A stretch of 64,000 bases of DNA, taken from assembly GCA_001662655.1 (NCBI GenBank), contig KV460249.1. One strand, 5' to 3'. Below are positions 1 to 10,959 of this stretch, one piece after another (the stretch's first letter is position 1; each line of letters begins with the position of its first letter). This DNA comes from Pseudogymnoascus verrucosus (Eukaryota). Under the pieces are notes generated by a model. The model was not told the origin of the DNA. It made no database searches and was given only the letters and a program-made list of their open reading frames with translations. Made by a program: the position numbers and the translations under genes.

Positions 1-3000
1 CCGTTTAGACAAGAACCTAGGGGAGCAAATCACACCTCGAGTAAGGCCACGATGTAGTTAAAATATAAGCTTGTGGAATACGACGCGCAAGACGAACAGC
101 AGGAGAACACTTAGGGACCTAAACCCTAGGAACTACGAGCAGACTAAGCTGCTATGGACTACGAACCCACCGATAGAGACGTAGAAAGGTTACGTGTAAC
201 CATGGAGAAATCTGAGCTCACGGGCAAGACAAAGGAGGAACAGGAATTGACAAAGTTAGATGCATCAAGGATTGATCACCCCTAGCACCCATATATATTC
301 TAGGAACACTGCAAGTACGATGACTATGAGAGTCACCTACGGAAAAAGACCTAGTATCGACTATTTCTGAAAATCGCACCTTAGGTCTACTTTACGGATA
401 TAGACCAAATTCATGCCCTTAGACGAAGTCAGTCTAAAGGAGAACTACCGTTAAAGAAACAACAACAGGTATACGAGAAATACCTGCACCTACTAGATGA
501 AGCAGAAGGATGGGGAGGACAATCTTCCTAAGGACCGCCCATAGAGGATGATGAACATCACTATTACTCCTTAGACAAGTCAAAAAACTAAGAGTCCTTG
601 ACGGTAGGCCACCGGCGAGTGACAAAGAGAGGCCTAGTACGAAGTAGCTGTGCGCCACGGGAGGCAGCATGCAGCTATATGTGGTCGCTAAGATACAACA
701 GCGACACCTCCGAGCCATGATTGACTTAGGAGCAACGGGCAACTTTATGACGAAGAAAGTAGCAGACGCTTAAGGTTTCAAAACGCAAATGAAAACCGAC
801 CCTTACCCACTCATAGTCGTGGATGGAGAGCCCATCTCGACTAACAAGGGGATAGTGACCTACGAGACGGTCCCATTAGAAATGGTCATGCTACGCGGAC
901 ACAAGGAAACGATCTAATTTGACATTGTACACATAGACAACCATGCATGTATCCTTAGTGTGCCGTAGCTTAAGAAACACAACCCCTAGATCGACTAGTA
1001 GAACGAGAAAGTTGTAATGAGCCAGTGCGCGTGTAAACAACGAACGGACACGCTACAACGGGAGAAACCATCCTAGGGCCGACGCGAGGTGTGTGCGACC
1101 TCTACAGAGCCTAGTGACCTAGCCTAGGCACCCTCACTAACGAGTATACTAGTGGAGTATAAGGAATACAAGCAGCTATTCTAGGAAGGCCCTAAGAACG
1201 AGGCGCTTCCTAAGCACCAACTATAGGATCATGTGATACCCTTAGAAGAAGGAAAGAGTCCACCGTTCGGACCAATATACTAGATGTCAGCAGATGAGCT
1301 AAAACTGCTAAAGGAATACATTAACGATAACCTTAAGAAAGGATTTATTAGACCATCTAAATCTCCTACAGGAAGCCTAATGTTATGGGTTCCTAAGAAG
1401 GATGGGAGCAAACGACCCTACGTGGACTATCGAGCATTGAACAACATAACAATAAAGGATCGATACGCCTTACCGTTAATCAATGAGTTACACGATAGAT
1501 TCTAAGGAGCTAAGATCTTCACTAAGCTAGATCTGCGTGGCGCGTACAACCTAATCTAGATAGCCGACGGCGAGGAGTAGAAAACAGCATTCCGCACCCG
1601 CTATAGCCTATTCGAATATCAAGTCATGCCCTTTAGGCTAACTAACGCCCCCGCATCTATGCAACGCTTAATGAATGACGCTTTGCATGAATATCTAGAC
1701 ATATTCACCATCGTTTACTTAGACGATATACTAGTATACTTAGCAAACAAGGACGAACATGCTCGGCATGTTAAGCTCGTCCTCTAGAAGCTAAAGGAAT
1801 ACAATCTACTATTAAAGCCAGAGAAGTGCGAGTTCCATAAGAACTAAGTCGAATTCTTAGGTTACATTATCAGAACGCACGGCATCAAGATAGACTAAGC
1901 AAAGGTTACGGCAGTGTTAGAATGGCCAACACCAACCACGGTTAAAGAAGTACAAGCCTTCCTAGGCTTTACCAACTTCTACCGTCAGTTCATTACGGGA
2001 TATTCCAAGGTAGCTCAACCACTTACAGAGCTCACTAGGAAGGATCTCGTGTTCAAATGGACAGACAAAGCGGAGACTGCCTTCTAGGAACTTAAGACGA
2101 AGTTCACAGAGGCACCTATCCTTGCAACATTTAACCCTACAAAGAAGATCGTCCTTGAGACAGACGCTTCTAACTTCGCAATTAGAGCATGTCTAAATCA
2201 GCTAGGCGAGAACGGTAAGTTCAAACCAATCGCGTACTACTCTAGGAAACTGTCACCCGCGGAGCTCAACTATAACATCCACAACAAGGAGCTACTAGCT
2301 ATTGTCGTTGCCTTTGAGCAGTGGCGCGTATATCTTAAGGGATCTACCTACACTGTGCAAGTGTAGACAGATTACAAGAACCTCATATACTTCACTACGA
2401 CTAAGGTTTTGAACTGCAGACAAGTCCGCTAGGCAGAAACCCTCGCAGCCTACAACTTCACGATAACCTATCGCAAAGGCTCTGAGAATGCAAGAGCAGA
2501 CGCTCTCTCTAGAAGGACCGACTACATCGGCCTAAAGGAAGAAAGACCTAGAGTAATATTAAAGAAGACAGACGTAGGAATGCAATACAACGAACTACTA
2601 GCCACGATCGCCATCGTGGAAGACACGGAACTTGAGCAGAGACTCAAGAACGCTTACGCAACAGACGAAATAGCGAAGCGAACCCTAAACAAAGTCGAAG
2701 GAAACTTCTCCATTAACGAACAAGGGCTAATCCGATTCAAAGGATTAGTGTATGTCCTAAGTCAAATGAGACGCCTGCTAGTGCAAGAACAACACTCGTT
2801 GCTAGCACACGGTCATTAGGGAGTAACACGAACCTTCGAACGAATCGCACGACACTACTACTTCCTAGGTCTAAGGAAGTAGGTAGAAACAATTGTGTTA
2901 GGATGCGACATTTACTAGAAGTCAAAAGCAAATAGACACGCACCATATAGACTTTTAAAGTCCCTACCAACACTAAAACGAGCATAGTCCTCGATAGCAA

Positions 3001-3996
3001 TTGACTTCATTGTCAAGTTGCCATCATCAAAAGAACCAATGACAGGATTTGTTGCAGACTCCATTATGGTCTCTAACTACAGGCTTACAAAAGAAGCACA
3101 CTTCACGCCGTTTAAAGAAGCGTCAGACGTGAAGGCATTAGCATATATCTTTCTAAAAGTCATTGTCGCAGCGCATAGGCTACTAGACGAGATAATTTCA
3201 GATAGAGATAAGCTCTTCACATCTAAATTCTAGCAGACAATCATAGCGCAGCTCGGAACAAACCACAAGCTGTCCACAGCTTTTCATCCACAAACGGATG
3301 GACAAACAGAACGAACTAATTAGACGTTAGAGGCGTATCTACAAAGCTACGTTAATGCTAAATAGGACAACTAGGTCTAGTACCTACATTTAGCAGAGTT
3401 CGCATATAATTCGTCACTATTAGAGGTAACAAAAGTCTCACCATTCTTCACTAACAACGGATGGCAACTAGAGGCGTATAAGACGCCAAGACTAGATAAA
3501 TTTCGCTCTAAGGAAGGAACGTTAGAAGTATCAAAGATACTTTCCTTCTAGAAACAACTGGCGACGGACATCTAGTTCTTAAATGAACGATCCGCTACAT
3601 ACGCAAACAGGAAGCGCAGTATAGAACCTGCCTTTAAGGAGGGGGATAAAGTATACCTACTCCGGAAACACATCAAAACGAAACGACCAAGCACGAAGTT
3701 AGACTTTAAGAAGTTAGGACCATTTAAGATATTAGAGAAAGTCAGCTTAGTTAATTACAAGCTGTAGCTACCTAAGAACTCCAAACTCCATCTAGTGTTT
3801 CATGTCTCATTATTAGAACTAGTAAGAGGGGATGCCCCGATTGCGACAGATACTGAACTTCAACCCGAAAATGAGATCATTGAATATAAGGTCGAGGCGA
3901 TCCTAGACAAAAGGTTAGTAGGACGCCAAGAAGAGTTTTTGATAAAATGGAAAGGTTACGAACCTACAGACAACTCATAGGAGTCGAGGGGAAACC

Positions 3997-4551
3997 TTAG
4001 CTACCTAGAGTTGCTAGCGGAGTTCCACCGTTAACACCCTAACGATTGAAGAACCTAGGGGAAAGGGCCGACAGGTAGTCGTGCTTAGGGACGGCGCTCC
4101 TAGGGTTAGTTACGGAAGGACTAGCGAGGTGACCGTAGGCTTTAGCTTCTTACCGCTCACGTTCTTCCACCTCCTCTAGTTCGTTAAGGGTCTTTAGACC
4201 GCGGCGAAGCATCTTAGCACCTCGGGTCTTGAGGAGATCCTGCTGCTGCTTGAGGCGGTTGAGACGGGCCATAGCAGTTGCCACGGCCTCGCGAGTCATG
4301 TAAGTTTCGAGTCGAAGACAGTCCTCTTCTTTCTATAGCGACTGCTAGTCACTAGCAGAGGGACTAGAGACATCACAATTGTAGGAATTCGAACGAACAC
4401 ATTCATTACATCGTTTTGAGGATGCAGAAGCGAGGCAGCAGAGACCTCGTTTCTCGCAGCGGGAACAGGAAGGCATTTCAACCCCTTCGCGGGTTATGCG
4501 GTTAGCGAGCAGTTTACGTTCTTTGATTTTTAAGTGTTTAGAGGAAGACAT
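3997..4551 (-). pseudogene. Antisense accessory ORF of the Gypsy element: Cys6 zinc-cluster-like domain plus coiled coil (~184 codons, with RIP stops)
   Basis: ATG at 4551 gives MSSSKHLKIKERKLLANRITREGVEMPSCSRCEKRGLCCLASASSKRCNECVRSNSYNC. The same frame continues past RIP-type stops into AMARLNRLKQQQDLLKTRGAKMLRRGLKTLNELEEVEERER and ends at TAA 3999-3997. Confidence 0.75.
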
Positions 4552-4664
4552 GGTCGTGGCCTTGCCCACCCCACGAATATAGGGGACCCACTACGCTTAA
4601 GTAGGCTAGTGGATCCTTAGTTAGCAATGGCCTACGGGACTAGGCCTCGAGGGAGGGGACCTAG

Positions 4665-5126
4665 TGTTATGGCTAAAACATGCAACCCATATGCTGCAAG
4701 ATAGAATAATAAGGTAAAATAGCTTGCGGCTAATTAGCAGCAGGAAATGGACGCAGAGATTGTAGGTAGCTTAGTTAAGGAGGGCACCTTTAGGAAAAGG
4801 TACCTTTCTTAGAAGGTACCTAGCAAAGGAAAGGTGCCTATTAGGAAAGGCACCCATGCAGAGCAAGGTGCCTCCTTAGAAGGGCACCTATGGGAATCGG
4901 TACCTGCAATAAGTGTGGCACCTCTTATAGGACGCACACGTGATTGGATTAGTAGGAATAGTNNNNNNNNNNNNNNNNNNNNNNNNNNNNNNNNNNNNNN
5001 NNNNNNNNNNNNNNNNNNNNNNNNNNNNNNNNNNNNNNNNNNNNNNNNNNNNNNNNNNNNNNNNNNNNNNNNNNNNNNNNNNNNNGAAACCTCTATGAGT
5101 CTTATAGGTTAAGACCTAGCGTTACA
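4665..5126 (+). repeat. 3' LTR of copy A (interrupted by an assembly gap at 4963-5085)
   Basis: Starts TGTTATGGCTAAAAC just after the PPT and ends CCTAGCGTTACA. Matches the LTRs at 8857-9385 and 10244-10772. Confidence 0.93.
4963..5085. other. Assembly gap (N run)
   Basis: Run of N inside the LTR. The spanned LTR is ~67 bp shorter than the 529-bp intact copies, so the gap size is only an estimate. Confidence 1.
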
Positions 5127-8100
5127 AGTTGGTCCTTCTGCTAAGAGCATCTGCTCTTGCATTCTTAGAGCCCTTATAATAAGTTATTGTAAAGTTGTAG
5201 GCTATAAGGGTTTCTACCTAGTAGACTTGTCTATAGTTCAAAACTTTAGTCGTAGTAAAGTATATAAGATTCTTATGATCTGTCTACACTTGTATAGTGT
5301 AGGTAGATCCCTTAAGATATACTTGCTACTACTTAAAGGCAACGACAATAGCTAGCAGCTCCTTGTTGTAGATGTTATAATTAAGCTCTATAGGTAACAG
5401 TTTCCTAAAGTAGTATGTAATTAGTTTAAACTTACCGTTCTCGTCTAGCTAATTTAGACATGCTCTAATCGCAAAGTCTAAAGAGTCCGTCTTAAGGATA
5501 ATCTTCCTTATAGGGTTAAATGTAGTAAGGATAGGTGCTTCTGTAAACTTCGTCTTAAGCTCCTAGAAGGCAGCCTCTACTTTATCTATCCATTTAAACG
5601 CAAGGTCTTTCCTAGTAAGCTCTATAAGCAGTTAAGCTACCTTAGAATATCCTGTAATAAACTAACGGTAGAAGTTAGTAAAGCCTAGGAAGGCTTGTAC
5701 TTCTTTAACTATAGTTAGTATTAGCTATTCTAACACTACTATAACCTTTGCTTAGTCTATCTTAATGCTGTGCGTTCTAATAATGTAACCTAAGAATTCA
5801 ACTTAGTTCTTATAAAACTTGCATTTCTCTAGCTTTAATAGTAGGTTGTATTCCTTTAGCTTCTAGAGGACGAGCTTAACATGCTAAGCATGTTTGTCCT
5901 TGCTTGCTAAGTATACTAGTATATTATCTAAGTAAACGATTGTAAATATGTCTAGATATTTATACAAAGCATTATTCATTAAGCGTTGTATAGATGTAGG
6001 GGCGTTAGTTAGCCTAAAGGGCATAACTTAATATTTAAATAGACTATAGTAGGTGTAGAATGCCGTTTTCTACTCCTTGCCGTTAGCTATTTAGATTAGG
6101 TTGTACGTGCTATGTAGATCTAGCTTAGTAAAGATCTTAGCTCCTTAGAATCTATCGTGTAACTCATTAATTAACGGTAAGGCGTACTAATCCTTTATCG
6201 TTATATTGTTTAATGCTCGATAGTCTACGCATAGTCGTTTGCTCCCATCCTTCTTAGGAACCTATAACATTAGGCTTCCTATAAGGGATTTAGATAGTCT
6301 AATAAATCCCTTCTTAAGATTATCATTAATATACTCCTTTAGCAGTTTTAGTTCGTCTGCTAACATCTAGTATATTAGTCTAAACAGTAGACTCTTTCCT
6401 TCTTCTAAGGGTATTACATAATCCTATAGTTAGTGCTTAGGGAGCGCCTTGTTCTTAGGGCCTTCCTAGAATAGATGCTTGTATTCCTTATACTCTACTA
6501 GTATACTTGTTAGTAAGGGTGCCTAGGCTAGGTCACTAGGCTCTATAGAGGTCGCATACACCTTACGTTAGCCCTAAGAGGGTTTCTCCTATTATAGCGT
6601 GTCCGTTTGTTGTTTATACACGCACTAGCTCATTATAATTTTCTTATTCTACTAGTTAATCTAGGGGTTGTGTTTCCTAAGCCACAGTACACTAAGGATA
6701 CATGTATAATTGTCTATGTATATAATGTCGAATTAGATCGTTTCCTTATGTCTACGTAGCATAACCATTTCTAATGGGACCGTCTTATAGGTTACTATTC
6801 CCTTATTAGTTGAGATAGGCTCTCTATCTACAACCATTAACGGGTAGGGGTTAGTTTTCAATTGCATCTTAAAACCTTAGGTGTCTGCTACTTTCCTTGT
6901 TATAAAGTTGCCTATTGCTCCTAAGTTAATTATTGCTTAGAGGTGTTGCTATTGTACCTTAGCAACTATATATAGCTATATGCTGCCCTCTATAGCGCAT
7001 AGCTGTTCCTTACTAGGCCTCTTATTGTCGCTTGTTAGTAGCCTACCGTTAAGGACTCCTAGTTTTTTGACTTTAATTGTCTAGTGGATCGTTGCTTCGT
7101 AAGGATCCCCTTCATTAATTCCTAGTTGTAGTATACTAGTCTTTGTCTAGTAGGGAAGTAGGCATAGTCCGTCTTCTTAAGGTAGTGCTATAAGCAGTCC
7201 TAAGTATAACACTATAACTATAGTACAAATTTGTACTAGGGGTAATTAGTCCTAGATGCGTCTTGTGTCTATAGTTTGTCCCCTTCCTTGTTAGTAGTAG
7301 CTCTGTTAAAACGGTAGCTGTTTGCAGCCTAGATTTCTATAGGCTATAGACCTTTATAGTTATCCCCTAGCTCTAGCTACTCTAATACCTACAGTAGGCT
7401 TTCTTAGTGGTCTTCGTAGACCTCCTTGTTAAGGTAGTATATATTAATGATTTTTCCTCTAGCAATAGCGTCCTAGACGTTATACTTACGAAGTTTATAC
7501 TTAAGCCATCCTATAGCTTCTTGTTCTATGTAGTTTGCTCTATGTAGTTCCTACTAGGTAGGGTATCTAAGTTAGCATCTCATTTTACAGACTATAACCT
7601 CCTAGTCTTATGTAGTACCCTACTACATTGCTAGTAGCCTAGGTATAGGAATTCCTTCGTTAGTGACGTTTTAGAGCACTGTCTCTTTGTAGACTTCTAC
7701 TACTCCTGCTACTTGTTCCTTAAAGAGGGTCTTTTACACGCTTTCTTTAAAGGCGCTTATCCTACGTTCCTAAGAACTAGTAAAGACCTCTTTAACAGCT
7801 AACGAATCGTTGCTATTGTCTTCTCCATTTAATGTATCGAATTCCTCGAGGTCCTAGGTAGTAACTTCCTAGACCTCTTTTCCTTTAGACGTAGCAGCTA
7901 GTTGTCCTTACTAAGTGGCATTAATTTGCTTACTATACTTCTGTCCTCCGTTCCCTTTCTTTAACTACTTGCAATCCCTAGCTATATAGCTAGGCTTGTT
8001 ACAATTAAAGTAGAGTCGTTCCTTAAGCTGTTGCTCCTTATTAGGATTATAGGGCTAGTTGCCTTGTTTAAAGGTAGCGTTGAGTTCTATTAGCTAAGGC

Positions 8101-9385
8101 TAATAGCTTCTCTGCTTTAGTCTCTTCTAGACCTAAGTAGGTTTCTATCCTCCCTTCTTAAGTCGACGCTTGTAGTGGCGATTGTTAATTAATGTAGTAG
8201 CGAGGATTAATTTCTCTAAATCGTCTAGACAGACACTACGAGCAATCTTGTCCTTAATAGAGTCCTTTAAGCTGTTATAGTACCTTGCTTATAAGGCATC
8301 GTCGTTCTAATTAGTTCGTCCTATGTACTGCTAGAATTCGGCAGTGTAGGACGTAACTAATCCTATGTGTTAGATTTTTAGCAGGTGTCGTTCCACTGTT
8401 CTCTTAGCGTCTAAGTTGCTAAACACCTTAGTAATCTAGGTCTTAAACCCCTTCTAGGTCCTAAAGATTTCTCTAGTAGTAACTGCTATGTTAGTGTAGA
8501 GTTGTCCCTTAAGTCCTTTCTTCTCTAAGTACTTATTAACGAAGAACTTAACCTAGTTAAAGGCAGCCCCTCTTAAAAGGGCTATAGCCTAAAGGACTTA
8601 GTTAGCTTCATTCTTAAGTATATAAGCATTAAATCTAATGTATAAGTTGCACTTAAGGAGAAAAGCCTTAAGCTTGTGTCGTTCTCTACTATAGGGCTTA
8701 GGCATCTAAACCTTAACGACTTGTTTATAGGCTAGGGCTGTTTCTATAGCAGTAGAGACTACTAGGGAAGCTGTAGGTTCTAGGGACTTGCTCTTTCTAA
8801 CGGAAGACATGTTGCTTTATGTATAAGCTAGTAACTTGTAGAAGTGGTGCTTAAAGTGTAACGCTAGGTCTTAACTATAAGACTTATAGAGGTTTTATTG
8901 CGTTAGTTTACTTAATAGAGGAGGCAGGGGATTAGACACAAAGGCTTTTATAAAACACGTTATAGTATATAATAGAATACTATATTAAGTTAAGCATGAA
9001 GCTCCTATCTAAGAACTATCTATCTACTTATATAGTAGCGTCGTGCTAAAGGGAATAGTTAGAATAGCAGACTCTCTAACTATTCCTACTATTCCTACTA
9101 ATCTAATTACGTGTGTGTCCTATAAGAGGTGCTATACTTATTATAGGCACCGATTCCCATAGGTGCCTTTCTAAGGAGGCACCTTGCTCTATATAGGTAC
9201 CTTTCCTAATAGGCACCTCTCCTTTGCTAGGTACCTTCTAAGAAAGGTACCTTTCCCTAGAGGTGCCCTTATTAACTAAGCTACCTATAGTCTCTGCGTC
9301 CATTTCCTACTGCTAATTAGCCGCAAGCTATTTTACCTTATTATTCCATCTTGCGGCATATAGGTTGCATATCTTAGCTGTAACA
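5127..9385 (-). mobile_element. Ty3/Gypsy copy B of the same family: 5' LTR, gag, PR, RT, RNase H; truncated after RNase H; heavily RIP-mutated
   Basis: The reverse complement aligns with copy A from ~577 to ~2523. Gag ATG at 8810. Decayed CCHC knuckle YFNCNKPSYIARDC at ~7970-8010. Sequence stops abruptly at the copy A LTR end. Confidence 0.95.
8857..9385 (-). repeat. 5' LTR of copy B (529 bp)
   Basis: TG...CA termini. Reverse complement of 10244-10772 apart from transitions. Confidence 0.95.
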
Positions 9386-10243
9386 GCTACCTTTAAACCC
9401 CCTATGTAGGTGTCGAGGAAGGAAACTATAAAAGGGTTAATAGAAAGGTTGTGCTAAAAAGGGCGTTTAGTTGAATAAATGGCTCTGAAATTAGCATGTG
9501 TATAATGATTAAGGGAAAGGGATTAAGGGCTAAGTCTTTAAGACATACTTAATGCTCTATCTAAGGCTATGTAGGGCGTTAGAATTTATAGAGGGCCTAC
9601 AATCTAGGAGTGAGCCATTTAGCTGTTTACAACACATATAGTGCTAATATTAGCTAATGAGTTAAAAGAACTAATGCCTATAGATGTCATCATTCTTATT
9701 TCTATACATTAGTCTTGCATAGCTCTTAGCCTTACTATAGCGAATTGTTTATAAGTGTATTAAAGAGAAGTAGGCATCGTCTATACCCCTACTAGACAGT
9801 ATAAATGCAGACAGATTCCTAGCATTATATAAGTGTAACTTACATTCTCATTTAAGTTTCTTTAGATCGAAGATTGTTTTACCTTATAGCTTTTCTACAA
9901 CATAAACAAGTGTTTTTAACAAACTTAGCAGAAACTGTAGAAAACTCTCTAAGAGTGAGTCATAAAGAGGTTCTAATATCAAAATTTCAGCTAACTGTTA
10001 AAGAACTCAGTTGTGTCAACAATGTGTTAAAATCCACAACGAGCATCTTTACTTAGCTTAAATCAAGATCATTACCTACAAGAAGAGATAATATCTAACG
10101 ACAATATCGACCTTAGCGTTGTAGCGGTAAGTCTTAACAACAGTAGCACTACTAGTTTCTAAGATTAATCGTTATTAGGAAAATGCAAAATATCCTATAG
10201 TAACGCTACTACAAAGTTAGTATCTTCCTAGTTTTCGCTATAC
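9386..10243. repeat. Unidentified AT-rich, RIP-like degenerate sequence between two LTRs
   Basis: TpA-rich with stops in all frames. No recognisable motif. Confidence 0.35.
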
Positions 10244-10772
10244 TGTTACGGCTAAGACATGCAACCTATATGCTGCAAGATGGAATAATAAGGTAAAATA
10301 GCTTGTAGCTAATTAGCAGTAGGAAATGGACGTAGAGACTGTAAGTAGCTTAGTTAATGAGGGCACCTCTAGGGAAAGGTACCTTTCTTAGAAGGTACCT
10401 AGCAAAGGAGAGGTGCCTATTAGGAAAGGCACCTATGTAGAGCAAGGTGCCTCCTTAGAAAGGCACCTATGGGAATCGGTGCCTACAATAAGTGTAGTAC
10501 CTCTTATAGGACACACACGTAATTAGATTAGTAGGAATAGTAGGAATAGTTAGAGAGTCTACTATTCTAACTATTCCCTTTAGCACAACGCTACTATATA
10601 AGTAGATGGATAGTTCTTAGATAGGAGCTTCGTGCTCAACTTAATATAGTATTCTATTATATACTATAACGTGTTTTACAAAAGCCTTTGTGTCTAATCC
10701 CCTGCCTCCTCTGTTAAGTAAACTAATGCAACGAAACCTCTATGAGTCTTATAGTTAAGACCTAGCGTTACA
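10244..10772 (+). repeat. Solo LTR (529 bp) of the same Gypsy family, no target-site duplication
   Basis: TGTTACGG...GCGTTACA. Flanks TATAC and TGAGA do not match. TATATAA at 10595. Confidence 0.95.
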
Positions 10773-10773
10773 T

Positions 10774-10896
10774 GAGATTAAAGGAGCAAGGGAAAGGGGT
10801 GAACTAAAAAGGGTCAGTGTGCTTATAGAACTAGTAGTGAGGAAAGATAGTGCGACTACGGGAGGCTAGGACGAGGATAAGGAGTTCGAGTTGTAA
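10774..10896 (+). pseudogene. 3'-terminal fragment of a paralog of the 18586-20505 hypothetical gene
   Basis: Translates to EIKGARERGELKRVSVLIELVVRKDSATTGG*DEDKEFEL*, similar to EIRRAKVRGIGIGAVNVLVQPVMMEKGGSQCGGDGEEDEFEL* of the intact gene. Confidence 0.7.
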
Positions 10897-10959
10897 ATTT
10901 GTACAATAAGTGTAACACAATAGAAATACTTTCTTAGAAAAAGCTACTATGGCTTGTAA

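Larger units (their letters stand above)
1..5126 (+). mobile_element. Ty3/Gypsy (chromovirus) LTR retrotransposon copy A, RIP-degenerate; 5' part lies outside the window
   Basis: Ordered pol remnants: aspartic protease AMIDLGATGNF (~715), RT (VPKKDG, DYRALN, YLDDIL ~1715), RNase H (ETDAS ~2158), integrase (IDFIVKLP, SDRD, HPQTDGQTE), GPF/VFHVSLL and chromodomain (YKVEAIL..FLIKWKGY, ~3885-4030). PPT at ~4649-4659, then 3' LTR. Many TAA/TAG stops sit where CAA/CAG/TGG are expected. Confidence 0.97.

Noticed and set aside
1284..3980. Short + strand ORFs as separate genes
   Set aside because: They are stop-delimited fragments of one RIP-mutated pol.
4834..5112. 92-aa ORF in the track
   Set aside because: Lies in the LTR and reads through the N gap; artefact.
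8857..10772. Large inverted repeat (8857-9385 vs 10244-10772) as the TIRs of a DNA transposon
   Set aside because: Both arms are LTRs of the Gypsy family in opposite orientation.
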